From Candidatus Latescibacterota bacterium (GTDB lineage: Bacteria; Latescibacterota; UBA2968; GCA-2709665): DNA of 64,000 bases. The notes beneath the pieces are model-generated. The model did not search any database, was not told the DNA's origin, and saw only the letters and a list, made by a program, of their open reading frames with translations. The stretch covers positions 4,672,001 to 4,736,000 of the forward strand of contig OZ242358.1 of NCBI GenBank assembly GCA_965208835.1. The letters are read 5' to 3'. Below, piece after piece: positions 28,239 through 37,995 of this stretch (its first letter is position 1; each line of letters begins with the position of its first letter). Both the position numbers and the translations under genes were made by a program.

Positions 28239-30268
28239 TCGCTCGAACCATCCTGATTGTAGTCGTTCTCCTCTGTACGGCCACGACGCATTGCAGCGAG
28301 GCGCCGCCGGAAGCCGACTTCAACGGCGACAATACCGTCGACTTCCAGGATTTCATCCTGTTTGCAAAGGCCTTCGGCTCCGGACAGGCCCTTTACGACC
28401 TGGACCGGGACGGCAGTGTTTCCTTTGGTGACTTCCTGCTCTTCGCCCGATCGTTCGGCCGGACCGGCGAGCCGACGCTTCGGGTCCTGGATATCGGGAT
28501 CCCGGTACGTTCCGTAAACTGGGTCCGCCTTCATCCGGGCACGGACAGTGAAAACCGTCCGCGCGTGTACGTCACCATGGGGCAGCAGGCCGACAACCTG
28601 TTCGTCCTGCAGGTCGACCCGGAAACCGGGGCGTTCAAACAGTTTGTCTCCCAGGTACCGCGATCCAACTACCCCACCGCCACCCTGATGAGCCGTTCCG
28701 GCCGGCTCTACATCGGATCCGCGTACGCCGGCCATCTCCTCTGCTTCGATCCCCGTCTGAACGCCCTTCTGGACCTCGGCGCCATCAATCCGGGCGCCGC
28801 AACGTTCCCGTGCCGAATGGACGAAGACGTGAACGGACGCATCTGGATCGGCAGCTACCCGGGGGCCGACCTGACGGTCTACGACCCCAAAACCGGCGAG
28901 TTCACGCGCTACGGCCGCATGTCAAACGTGGACAAGTACAACTATCCCCTGGTCGCTCCTGACGGAAAGATCGCGTGCCTCATCAGACAGACGCGGCCTC
29001 ACGTCGTCGTCTTCGATCCTTCAACACAGGAGCGTTTTCTCGCAGGACCGATCACGTTCAAGGGTCAGGGCTCGCTTAAGCTGGAGAGGCGGCGGGACGG
29101 CAACCTCTACGTCATCACGTCGGACCACGGAAACTTCCTGATTTCCGGGAACGAAGGCATCGCCGTTGCGACGCTTCCGGGCAAAATGCCGCGTCCTGCG
29201 CTTCCCGACGGCAGCACCTTCGCTTTCTCCGACGGCACGGAACAGATCTATCGCACACTCAGCATCCGCCGTCCCTTCGGCAGCGTCCGAACGTTCGAAC
29301 TCGGTTACGAGGCCAGCGGCACTGACATTTTCTACGTTCACACGGGCCCGGACGGCTTGATTTACGGATCGAGCATCCTGCCGCTGCACCTCTTCAGATT
29401 CAATCCCCTCGCCAGTGAACTGGTCGACCTGGGCAAGTGTTCCCGTTCCACCGGCGAAGCCTATTCGATGGCAAACCTGAATGGGAAGCTTTACATCTCC
29501 TCCTATCCGGCGGCTCGCATTTCGGTGTACGACCCTGCCCTTCCCTACCAGTATGGCACAAGCCCTGACGCCAACCCCCGCGAGCTGGGCCGGCTGGATG
29601 ACATCTCCTACAGGCCGCGTTCAACGCTCGCCGGTCCAATGGGCAGGGTCTGGATTGCTTCGGTGCCGGACTACGGCCGGTGGGGAGGACCCCTCGCTTA
29701 CTACGATCCCGGAACGGGTGAAAGGAAGTCCTATAAACGCATCGTGGGAGATGCGAGTTGTTATACCCTCGCCCACCTCGAATCGCAGAACCTCATTGCC
29801 GTGGGCACGACGATCCGCGGCGGCAGCGGGACGGATCCCAAAGTCAGCGTAGCCACCCTCTTTCTCTGGGACTATCACGCCGAGATAAAAACCTGGGAGG
29901 GAACAATCGAAGGTCGAAGCTCGCCCGTAACCGCCTTCAATGCGCTGCTCCCGGGGCCCGACGGCCTGCTTTATGGCACGGTTCAGGGGGGCGGCGATGA
30001 ACTCTTCGTGTTTGATCCCGATACCCGCGCCTTCATCCACCGCGCTCCTCTGCCCGCGGGACGTGCTCTGGATCTGGGCATGCAAAACGGGCCGGACGCC
30101 AAGATCTACGGTTTCACCTCGTCACTCATCTATCGCCTCGACCCAGCCACCCGTCAGGTCGAGGAGGTCCTCAGCGTGGATGACGGTATCGGTATCGCAG
30201 GGCCGATTCTGGGCGAAGAGATTTATTTCGCGACCGGCGCCGTGCTTCGGTCGGCTACGATCTTCTGA
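28235..30268 (+). CDS. secreted protein: EF-hand/dockerin-like module plus beta-propeller repeats
   Basis: Signal peptide; ADFNGDNTVDFQDF and YDLDRDGSVSFGDF; repeated GRxWIGS/YDPxTG blades. Confidence 0.8.
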   Translation: MIARTILIVVVLLCTATTHCSEAPPEADFNGDNTVDFQDFILFAKAFGSGQALYDLDRDGSVSFGDFLLFARSFGRTGEPTLRVLDIGIPVRSVNWVRLHPGTDSENRPRVYVTMGQQADNLFVLQVDPETGAFKQFVSQVPRSNYPTATLMSRSGRLYIGSAYAGHLLCFDPRLNALLDLGAINPGAATFPCRMDEDVNGRIWIGSYPGADLTVYDPKTGEFTRYGRMSNVDKYNYPLVAPDGKIACLIRQTRPHVVVFDPSTQERFLAGPITFKGQGSLKLERRRDGNLYVITSDHGNFLISGNEGIAVATLPGKMPRPALPDGSTFAFSDGTEQIYRTLSIRRPFGSVRTFELGYEASGTDIFYVHTGPDGLIYGSSILPLHLFRFNPLASELVDLGKCSRSTGEAYSMANLNGKLYISSYPAARISVYDPALPYQYGTSPDANPRELGRLDDISYRPRSTLAGPMGRVWIASVPDYGRWGGPLAYYDPGTGERKSYKRIVGDASCYTLAHLESQNLIAVGTTIRGGSGTDPKVSVATLFLWDYHAEIKTWEGTIEGRSSPVTAFNALLPGPDGLLYGTVQGGGDELFVFDPDTRAFIHRAPLPAGRALDLGMQNGPDAKIYGFTSSLIYRLDPATRQVEEVLSVDDGIGIAGPILGEEIYFATGAVLRSATIF

Positions 30269-30332
30269 TCCGCGTCGGGCGGAATTTAGCGCAGACATCC
30301 CCGGTGAAGCCCGCCCGGGTCGTTTTTTCGTG

Positions 30333-30361
30333 TTGCATGTCGTCGGATGACGAGATATAGT
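30333..30361 (+). promoter_or_regulatory. sigma70-type promoter
   Basis: TTGCAT-17 bp-TATAGT, upstream of 30433. Confidence 0.55.
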
Positions 30362-30432
30362 AGGGCATTCAGCCTTCCGAACGACGTTCTCGGTCTCTCA
30401 ACAAGATACCCCACTTCAGCCTGGCATAGCGA

Positions 30433-31497
30433 ATGGCCGACTCCAGCAAGAGAAAGCTCCGAATCGCCTTCATCGGCGCCGGGGGCATCGCCGGTACCCA
30501 GATGCGTTGTTTCAAGGAGATGGACGACGTCGAAATGGTCGCAATCGCGGATATATCGGAGACGGCGCTTGAAAGTCGCTCCACGGAATACAACATTGCC
30601 GAATGCTTTGCGGACTACGAGTCCATGTTGAGCAAAGTCAGCCCCGATGCCGTAAGCGTCTGCACGCCGAACGGCCTTCACGCGCCCGCCACCATTGCCT
30701 CCCTCTCGGCGGGTGCGCACGTCATCGTCGAGAAACCCCTGGCCATGAATGCCCGCGAAGGGAAAGCCATGCTCGACGCTGCCGGGAACCATCGGCGCAA
30801 GCTGGTGATCGGCTTCCAGCAGCGCTTCGACCCCAGAGCCCAATTCATCAGGAAGGCCGTTGACAGCGGCCGGCTGGGAAGAATACTGTTTGGCCGGGTA
30901 CAGGCCCTGCGCAGGCGGGGGATTCCGAACTGGGGGGTTTTCGGCAGGAAGGAACTCCAGGGTGGCGGCCCGCTCGTCGACATTGGCGTACACGTGCTGG
31001 AGGCCGTCCACTACATCATGGGCGCACCCAGACCCGTCGCAGCCAGTGGAAACGTCTTTACGTACGTCGGCGACAGGAAGTCCGAAACGGTCTGCAGGTG
31101 GCCCGATTGGGACCACGAGACGTACACCGTCGAAGACCTGGCGGTGGGCCAGGTCCGCTTTGAAGACGGCGCCGTCATTCACGTGGAATCCAGCTTTGCC
31201 GCACACATCCAGGCCGACGTCTGGAACTTTCAGCTTATGGGCGACAAGGGCGGCGCCACCTGGGATCCACTCTCAATCGCACGTGATGACAACGGATATA
31301 TGGTGAACACCGAACCGGGTTGGCTGCACAAATCCGGATTCGAATCCACCTTCGGCGCCAAACTGCGCAATTTCGTCGACCACGTGCTTTATAACAAGCC
31401 CACGCTCGCACCAGCCGAACATGGGCTGATGGTGCAGAAGATGATGGATGCGATTTACCTGTCGGCTGAAAAGGGCCGGGAAGTGGACATTGAATAG
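30433..31497 (+). CDS. Gfo/Idh/MocA oxidoreductase
   Basis: IGAGGIA, VCTPNGLH, EKPLA, GGGPLVDIGVH. Confidence 0.9.
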   Translation: MADSSKRKLRIAFIGAGGIAGTQMRCFKEMDDVEMVAIADISETALESRSTEYNIAECFADYESMLSKVSPDAVSVCTPNGLHAPATIASLSAGAHVIVEKPLAMNAREGKAMLDAAGNHRRKLVIGFQQRFDPRAQFIRKAVDSGRLGRILFGRVQALRRRGIPNWGVFGRKELQGGGPLVDIGVHVLEAVHYIMGAPRPVAASGNVFTYVGDRKSETVCRWPDWDHETYTVEDLAVGQVRFEDGAVIHVESSFAAHIQADVWNFQLMGDKGGATWDPLSIARDDNGYMVNTEPGWLHKSGFESTFGAKLRNFVDHVLYNKPTLAPAEHGLMVQKMMDAIYLSAEKGREVDIE

Positions 31498-31531
31498 CAG
31501 TCCGCTTTTCCTGAGATAACCGGAAGACAGC

Positions 31532-32920
31532 ATGAAAAACCCGCTCAATACCGAAGACGTCGTGGCCGCATCGCGTCACCTATGGCAAAGCTACTTCCAC
31601 GGTGAGCAGCCCGATAAACCCCCGATGACGATTACGCACGGCGACGGCCTGTACATCTACGACACCGAGGGCAATGAATACCTGGACACCTTCGCCTCGC
31701 TGCTCACGACCCTGTGCGGGCACGGCCGTACCGAAGTCATCGACGCGGTCACGAGGCAGATGGAGAAACTGGCCTATTTCCCCGGCGGCCAGGAACACGT
31801 GATCGAGCCGGCCGCCAGGCTGGCCGCGAAACTGGCCGAGATCGCCCCAGGCGGCCTCTCGGTCTCCTTCCTTGTCAACGACGGTTCTGAGGCAAACGAG
31901 GCGGCCATTAAGCTGGCGCGCAGCTATTACTGGGCCAAAGGCGAGAAAAACCGCTACAAGGTCATATTCCGACGGGGCTCATATCATGGCGCCACACTCG
32001 GCGCGCTCTCCGCAACCGGCCTGGCAGGAACCCGCGAGCCCTATGAACCCCTGCTGCCGGGGTTCTCCCACGCCATGCCCGCGAATTGTTATCGCTGTGA
32101 GCTCGGCCTGGATCCCGACACCTGTGCGCTGGCCTGCCTCAAGAATCTGGCGTCCGTTCTGGAATGGGAGGGCCCTCAATCCGTCGCGGCCGTCATCATG
32201 GACCCCATCCCGGGATCCAACACGGGCTTTCCACTTCCACCGGATGGATATCTGCAAGGGGTGCGCGATCTCTGCGACCGGCACGGCGTCCTGCTCATCT
32301 TTGACGAAATCCAGACGGGTTTCGGCCGCACCGGAAGGATGTTCGCCTGCGAGAACTGGAACGTAACCCCGGACATTATGACCGTCGCCAAGGGTTTCTC
32401 GGGGGGTTATGTGCCCATTGGCGCCGCGATTGCGACCGAGGAGATTGCCGAGAACATTCGAAGCGCCGGGACCGGATTCCGCCACATCCACACCTTCTCA
32501 GGCCATGCCGCCGCCTGCGCCGCCGCGCTCGCCCATATCGAAATCATCCAGAACGAAGACCTCGTGCAGCGCGCTGCCGATCTGGGTGTCTGGTTCAAGA
32601 GAAAACTGGACGAACTCTACCGATATCCTCTGGTGGGAAATGTACGCGGCCTCGGCACGCTCTGGGCCGTCGAACTCGTGGGAAACCGCGAGACGCGGGA
32701 GGCCCTGAATCCTCAAGGAAAAGCCGGGAGCTTTATCGCCGATTTCTGCAGGAGAGCCGGCATGATCCTGCGCAACAACGGCGACATCCTCGTCCTGGCG
32801 CCCGCTCTTGTCATGACTTTCGCACAGGCAGACCGGATTCTCAACATGCTGCACGATGCCGTCGATTCGGCAATGGGTCATTGTAAACAAAATGGAGACC
32901 GGCTCGAGTGGATCGCGTAA
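31532..32920 (+). CDS. class III PLP aminotransferase
   Basis: GSEANE, SYHGAT, FDEIQTGFGRTG, PDIMTVAKG, HTFSGH. Confidence 0.92.
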   Translation: MKNPLNTEDVVAASRHLWQSYFHGEQPDKPPMTITHGDGLYIYDTEGNEYLDTFASLLTTLCGHGRTEVIDAVTRQMEKLAYFPGGQEHVIEPAARLAAKLAEIAPGGLSVSFLVNDGSEANEAAIKLARSYYWAKGEKNRYKVIFRRGSYHGATLGALSATGLAGTREPYEPLLPGFSHAMPANCYRCELGLDPDTCALACLKNLASVLEWEGPQSVAAVIMDPIPGSNTGFPLPPDGYLQGVRDLCDRHGVLLIFDEIQTGFGRTGRMFACENWNVTPDIMTVAKGFSGGYVPIGAAIATEEIAENIRSAGTGFRHIHTFSGHAAACAAALAHIEIIQNEDLVQRAADLGVWFKRKLDELYRYPLVGNVRGLGTLWAVELVGNRETREALNPQGKAGSFIADFCRRAGMILRNNGDILVLAPALVMTFAQADRILNMLHDAVDSAMGHCKQNGDRLEWIA

Positions 32921-32989
32921 GCTTCTTCCGGACCGGCACCGGGACCCGCTTGACGTCGTGACCCTCCCGCAACCGGGGAATACAGGCCA

Positions 32990-33988
32990 ATGATGCCCGA
33001 TAAAGAAACTTGCCTCGAGATGCTCCGACGGATGTACCTCATCCGCTCGTTCGAAGAGCAGGTAAGGATCCACTACGACTATACCAGCTATCTTCGCGAC
33101 AATCCCGAAAGCGAAGGGGTCATCTCGGGAGCCGCCCACCTGGCCATCGGCCAGGAAGGCGCCGAGGTCGGCGTCTGCGCCGCCCTCGAACCGGATGATT
33201 TCGTGGCCAGCACGCACAGGGGTCACGGCCATGCCATCGCCAAGGGCGCGGAACTCAAGCCGATGATGGCCGAGTTGATGGGGCGGAAACACGGGTACAG
33301 CGGCGGATGCGGCGGTTCCATGCACATATTCAGTTCAGAACTCGGACTGATTGGCGGGAACGGAATCGTGGGCGCTCAGGTCCCCATCGCCACCGGCGCC
33401 GCTTTCTCCGCGAAATACCGCGGCACTCAGCAGGTGGCCGTCGCTTTCTTCAGCGAGGGCGCCGCCAATCAGGGCGCATTCCACGAAGCCCTGAACATGG
33501 CCGCGCTCTGGGACCTCCCCGCCGTCTACGTCTGCGAAAACAACCTCTATGCCGCCACCACCCCCGCTTCCATAACGCTCTCGCCTCCGGATGTCGCCGC
33601 CAAGGCCGCCGCGTACGACATGCCCGGTTGTATTGTCGATGGCCAGGACATTCTTGAAGTCTATCGTGCCGCATCGGAGGCCGTTACCAGAGCGCGCACA
33701 GGAAACGGACCCACGCTTATCGAGTGCAAGACCTATCGCTTCGTGAGCCACGCGGGCGGAGGCCAGGGCGAACACAACAACCCGGAGGAACTGGAGACCT
33801 GGAAAAGCAAGGACCCGATCGCCCTCTTCGAACACAAGCTCTTTGACGCCGGAAACCTCACGGACGAAGAAAAACAAAACGTCATTTCCGAAACCAGGGC
33901 GGCGGCCCGCGAGGCCGTCGCCTACGGTAAGCAATCTCCATATCCTGATTTCGAAGACTTGCCCGTTACTTCAGGGGTCGCCCTCTAA
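32990..33988 (+). CDS. TPP-dependent 2-oxoacid/acetoin dehydrogenase E1 alpha
   Basis: HLAIGQE, STHRGHGH, GGSMH, EGAANQG.FHEALN, CENN, KTYR. Confidence 0.9.
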   Translation: MMPDKETCLEMLRRMYLIRSFEEQVRIHYDYTSYLRDNPESEGVISGAAHLAIGQEGAEVGVCAALEPDDFVASTHRGHGHAIAKGAELKPMMAELMGRKHGYSGGCGGSMHIFSSELGLIGGNGIVGAQVPIATGAAFSAKYRGTQQVAVAFFSEGAANQGAFHEALNMAALWDLPAVYVCENNLYAATTPASITLSPPDVAAKAAAYDMPGCIVDGQDILEVYRAASEAVTRARTGNGPTLIECKTYRFVSHAGGGQGEHNNPEELETWKSKDPIALFEHKLFDAGNLTDEEKQNVISETRAAAREAVAYGKQSPYPDFEDLPVTSGVAL

Positions 33989-34950
33989 TGCCCCTCGTTA
34001 CGTACGCACAGGCCATTAGCGATGCCATCCGGGAAGAAACCGCCCGCGACGAGCGCGTCTTCACCATCGGCGAGGATATCGGTCCGGTCCGCGAGCGCAA
34101 GCAACTCTGGGACCAGTTCCGCGAACGCCGCACGTGGCAGACGCCCATTTCCGAAACGGGTTTTGTGGGACTGGCGGTGGGCGCCGCCATGACCGGCCTG
34201 CGTCCGGTCGCGGTCATCATGTATTGCGACTTCGTTACCGTTTGCATGGATCCCATCGTCAACCAGGCCGCCAAGATCCACCTGATGTCCGGGGGCAACG
34301 TCAATGTCCCGATGGTGATCCGTACTCCGGGGGGCGCCGGCACACGGGAGGCGGGTCATCACAGCCAGAGCCTTGAGAGCTGGTTCGTGCATGCTCCGGG
34401 ACTGAAGGTGGTCATGCCGGCCACGGCCGCCGACGCCAAGGGGCTGATGAAAGCCAGCATCCGAGACGACGGCCCGGTTGTCTTCATTCAGCACCGGCTG
34501 CTGGGCGATATCGAGCAGGACGTGCCCGAAGGCGATCACGTCGTTCCTCTGGGTACGGCTGACGTCAAACGCGAGGGCGCCGACGTTACCGTTGTCGCCG
34601 TCTCCTACGCCCTGCAAAAGACACTTGAGGCGGCTGAATCCGTAGACGCGGAGATCAGCGTCGAAGTGATCGATCCCCGTACGCTGGTCCCTCTCGACGT
34701 GGAGACCATCCTTCGCTCGGTCAAAAAAACAGGCCGGCTTCTCGCTGTGCACGAGGCCCCGGCGCGCGGAGGGGTCGGCGCCGAAATCGTCCGCCAGGTC
34801 GCCGAACGGGGTTTCGAACACCTTCGCAAACCCCCAAAGGTTCTGGGCGGCTTGAACACGCCAATGCCCTACAGCGCCTCGCTGGAAGACGCCTGCCTGC
34901 CCCAGACCGGGGACATCGCCGAAGCCATCAGAGACTGCGTTTGCGCATAA
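33988..34950 (+). CDS. TPP-dependent dehydrogenase E1 beta
   Basis: GEDI, TPISE, GLRPV, HSQSLE, EVIDPRTLVPLD. Confidence 0.92.
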   Translation: MPLVTYAQAISDAIREETARDERVFTIGEDIGPVRERKQLWDQFRERRTWQTPISETGFVGLAVGAAMTGLRPVAVIMYCDFVTVCMDPIVNQAAKIHLMSGGNVNVPMVIRTPGGAGTREAGHHSQSLESWFVHAPGLKVVMPATAADAKGLMKASIRDDGPVVFIQHRLLGDIEQDVPEGDHVVPLGTADVKREGADVTVVAVSYALQKTLEAAESVDAEISVEVIDPRTLVPLDVETILRSVKKTGRLLAVHEAPARGGVGAEIVRQVAERGFEHLRKPPKVLGGLNTPMPYSASLEDACLPQTGDIAEAIRDCVCA

Positions 34951-35022
34951 TCGTATTCGGGTAATGACACCGGTCCCCGCTTTACACTCCCTCGCTGCAA
35001 AACTTCCTTTCGTGGAGGATCA

Positions 35023-35047
35023 GGGCAGGTTTGAAACCTGCCCCTAC
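35023..35047 (-). repeat. GTAG-type REP sequence
   Basis: Minus strand reads GTAG-GGGCAGGTTT-C-AAACCTGCCC. Confidence 0.75.
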
Positions 35048-35105
35048 GATCGCACCTTTGGGCCGTTCCCACCTGCGCTAAGACGCTGTCCAAGCGGGTG
35101 TGAAG

Positions 35106-35130
35106 GTGGGGCGGACATTCCCGTCTGTCC
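35106..35130 (+). repeat. REP-like hairpin (GTGG variant)
   Basis: GTGG-GGCGGAC-ATTCCC-GTCTGTCC. Confidence 0.5.
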
Positions 35131-35412
35131 AACGTCGCTGTCACACGATGCCCAACCTGACACGCAGCACGGCCGTTCCTGCTCAGACGACGCTCTGAAT
35201 GACATGTTGCCCGACAACCCTCCGTGAAATCTACCCGCGACACGTGAACATTGCTTTTACGTGACAATTTCGTAACGAGCTCTTTCCCAATGAACTCGAA
35301 TGCCGACTTGCATTTTTTGTAGATCAGGGTACAATAGGGGTACAGAACAGAGGAGAAGCCGTCCGGCATCCCTCCGAATCGTCCCCTCTACATCTTTCAT
35401 CCGGAGAATGAA

Positions 35413-37149
35413 ATGAGCGCAGGTATACGCAAGTTCATCATCTTCGCCATCGCCCTGATCGTATCCTGGATCGTCGGCATCAACGTGGCCCCAACCTGGA
35501 CCGTCGAGCAAATCGCCCTCGATGCTCACGTCGACAGAGACGGAAATCTCTACTACATATATCGGGGAGAGCCGACCTATTTCCACCCCGTACCCATTGA
35601 GGAGGTGCTGCTCAACCCCGAGCGAATGGAAGGCTCGCGCGAGACCCCGGAAGTGAAGAAGGAGTTTGTCTCCGTAGTCAGGCTGGAGGAGGGTGAGCCA
35701 AGGACCTTATATTATCAGCTGCTGGCCAAACACCACTGGGGCTTCTGGTCCCTTCTGCCCGCGGTCGTCGCCGTGCTCCTGTGCTGGCTCACCCGGGAGC
35801 CGGTTACCTCACTCATTGGCGGTATCCTGTCGGGAGCCCTGTTGCTTACCCGCTACGACTTCACCGGCGACGTGCTGATCCCCTCACTGGCCACGACCAG
35901 TTCCGCCGGCGTCCTGCTGCTCTACCTGTGGCTGCTGGGCGGGCTGATGGGGATCTGGTCCCGGACGGGCGCCGCGCAGGCGTTCGCCGAGCTAATGACC
36001 GAGCGCTTCGTGCGCGGCCCCCGAAGCGCGAAGCTCGTTTCCTGGATGCTGGGCGTCATCTTCTTTCAGGGGGGCACGGTCAGCACCGTGCTTGTCGGCA
36101 CTACGGTCAAGCCGATCGCCGATACAGAAAAGGTCAGCCACGAAGAGCTCGCCTATATCGTCGACTCGACCGCCTCGCCGATCGCTTCCCAGCTCGCTTT
36201 CAACGCCTGGCCAGGATATGTACAGGCCTTCATCTTCGTCTCCGGGGTCGGATTCCTGGCCACCGAGACGGACCGCATCGCCTTCTTCTTCCAAAGCGTG
36301 CCGTTCTGCTTCTACGCGATCTTCGCCGTGCTCGGCACCTTTCTCCTCAGCATCGAGAGGCCCCTGTTCCTTGGCAAACGGCTCAAGGCGGCGATGGAGC
36401 GCTCCCGCGCGACCGGCCAGCTCGACGCCGAGGGAGCGAACCCCCTCAGCGCGAAGGAGCTGCAGGGAAGCAACGTTCCCGAGGGCTATACCCCGCACGT
36501 AATGGAGTTCTTCCTTCCCCTGATTTCCCTCATCGGCATCGCCGTCGGCACCTTCATCGTCAGCGGCTCACCCAACGTGCAGTGGGCCTTCGGATCGGCC
36601 CTGGTGCTCGCCGCGGGGATGGCTCTGGCCAAGGGAATGTCGCTGAAGGATCTCGTGGCGGGATTCCACGACGGCCTCAAGGGGGTGGTGCTCGGCTCCG
36701 TCATTCTCCTGCTCGCCATCACCATCGGAGGGATAAACAAGGAGACGGGGGGCGGCATCTTTCTGGTCGAGCAACTCGGGGAGGCCATTCCCTACTTCCT
36801 GCTGCCGGTGCTGCTGCAGATCATGACCATGGTCATCGCCTTCTCCACGGGGACGAGCTGGGGCACGTACGCGGTGGCCTTCCCGCTGGCCATGCCGCTG
36901 GCCTGGGCCGTGGCCGGGGCTCACGGGCTCTCCCATCCCGAGCTGTTCATGACCCTCTGCTTTGCCGCGGTCATGGACGGCAGCGTGTACGGCGACCAGT
37001 GCTCGCCCATCTCCGATACCACCGTGCTCAGTTCCATGTGTACCGGTTGCGACCTGATGGACCACGTCAAGACTCAAATACCCCAGGCGTCCGTCGCGGC
37101 CGGCCTGGCGGCGATCTGCTGGACCGTCGTCGCCTTCTTCACCGCCTGA
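35413..37149 (+). CDS. Na+/H+ antiporter NhaC-family transporter
   Basis: WSLLP, LAYIVDSTASP, AFSTGTSWGT, GDQCSPISDTT, DHVKTQ; TTGCAT-16-TACAAT promoter at 35308-35335. Confidence 0.88.
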   Translation: MSAGIRKFIIFAIALIVSWIVGINVAPTWTVEQIALDAHVDRDGNLYYIYRGEPTYFHPVPIEEVLLNPERMEGSRETPEVKKEFVSVVRLEEGEPRTLYYQLLAKHHWGFWSLLPAVVAVLLCWLTREPVTSLIGGILSGALLLTRYDFTGDVLIPSLATTSSAGVLLLYLWLLGGLMGIWSRTGAAQAFAELMTERFVRGPRSAKLVSWMLGVIFFQGGTVSTVLVGTTVKPIADTEKVSHEELAYIVDSTASPIASQLAFNAWPGYVQAFIFVSGVGFLATETDRIAFFFQSVPFCFYAIFAVLGTFLLSIERPLFLGKRLKAAMERSRATGQLDAEGANPLSAKELQGSNVPEGYTPHVMEFFLPLISLIGIAVGTFIVSGSPNVQWAFGSALVLAAGMALAKGMSLKDLVAGFHDGLKGVVLGSVILLLAITIGGINKETGGGIFLVEQLGEAIPYFLLPVLLQIMTMVIAFSTGTSWGTYAVAFPLAMPLAWAVAGAHGLSHPELFMTLCFAAVMDGSVYGDQCSPISDTTVLSSMCTGCDLMDHVKTQIPQASVAAGLAAICWTVVAFFTA

Positions 37150-37223
37150 TCAGAGTAAAATGCCACTCATCGACACGACCTCGGCACATCAGTCACTTCA
37201 GCGAGGTCGCGCTAAATGGGTTA

Positions 37224-37469
37224 TTATCCGGTTCGTCGTCCCCGCCCTCTTATCCTCCGTCTCTGGTCTCTGATAAGCGTGACGATTTCCCGGCTCGAGA
37301 CGTCAGCCTGGATCGACGGAACGTCCAGCGGCGACGCGGCGGGCCGTTCCGGTACAAGGGCGTAAGTCCTGCCGTCTTTTCGACGAATAATGACCTTGCC
37401 CGTCGCCTCGGCTTTGTCGAGTACGGTTGAGAAATTCTGCCTGGCTTCCGAGTAGGTATACACGTCCAT
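37224..37469 (-). CDS. Phd/YefM-type antitoxin
   Basis: MDVYTYSEARQNFSTVLDKA...VIIRRKDG; starts 1 nt after the toxin stop. Confidence 0.85.
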   Translation of the reverse strand: MDVYTYSEARQNFSTVLDKAEATGKVIIRRKDGRTYALVPERPAASPLDVPSIQADVSSREIVTLIRDQRRRIRGRGRRTG

Positions 37470-37470
37470 T

Positions 37471-37869
37471 TCATCCCTCCAGACTGACGAGCTTGATACC
37501 CAACAGACCTGCAGCCCGTCCAAGCGTTCGATCCAACGTCAAAAGTGATGCACCATGCCGTAAAGCGCAGTCCAGAAAGTACGCGTCGTACGCGTATGCG
37601 TTCACCTGTGCTGCGATGGCCAGGACATTTGACATGTCGACGTTCACGTATTGAAGCCTGATGCTTTCCAGAATTTCCAGGCCGCGCTGAGCATCCGCGA
37701 CGCGAACGCGGCGTTGCTTGATCATCGCCGAGAATGCATTGCCGATTTCCCATGGGATGGACCCGGGACCGACAAGCGTATGCCCGGACGTGGCTGCGAC
37801 AATCGAATCTCTCTCCGGCTCGGCTACAATTACCGCAATAATCGCAGAAGTGTCGATCACAATGTTCAC
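37471..37869 (-). CDS. PIN-domain (VapC-like) toxin
   Basis: IVIDTSA, WEIGNA, AYDAYFL, LLTLD. Confidence 0.9.
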   Translation of the reverse strand: MNIVIDTSAIIAVIVAEPERDSIVAATSGHTLVGPGSIPWEIGNAFSAMIKQRRVRVADAQRGLEILESIRLQYVNVDMSNVLAIAAQVNAYAYDAYFLDCALRHGASLLTLDRTLGRAAGLLGIKLVSLEG

Positions 37870-37891
37870 GTTTACCTCTCCCTGATACTAT

Positions 37892-37921
37892 CAATTGTAC
37901 AATTGTCGGAAAAATTGTCAA
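37892..37921 (-). promoter_or_regulatory. TA promoter with palindromic operator
   Basis: Minus strand TTGACA-16 bp-TACAAT; the perfect palindrome CAATTGTACAATTG (37892-37905) covers the -10 box. Confidence 0.75.
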
Positions 37922-37995
37922 GTAGTGAATTAAACCTTGGTGATCGCCAACCCGGGGTTCGAACGCATATCTGAGATGTCCCGCGCCCAGCCGCT

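Noticed and set aside
37150-37224. CGACCTCG...CGAGGTCG hairpin near the TA pair as an integron attC site
   Set aside because: No clear RYYYAAC/GTTRRRY boxes and no integrase; more likely a hairpin between convergent genes
35781-37430. 549-aa alternative-frame ORF over the NhaC gene
   Set aside because: Arg/Pro/Gly-rich shadow ORF expected from high GC at third codon positions; no motifs
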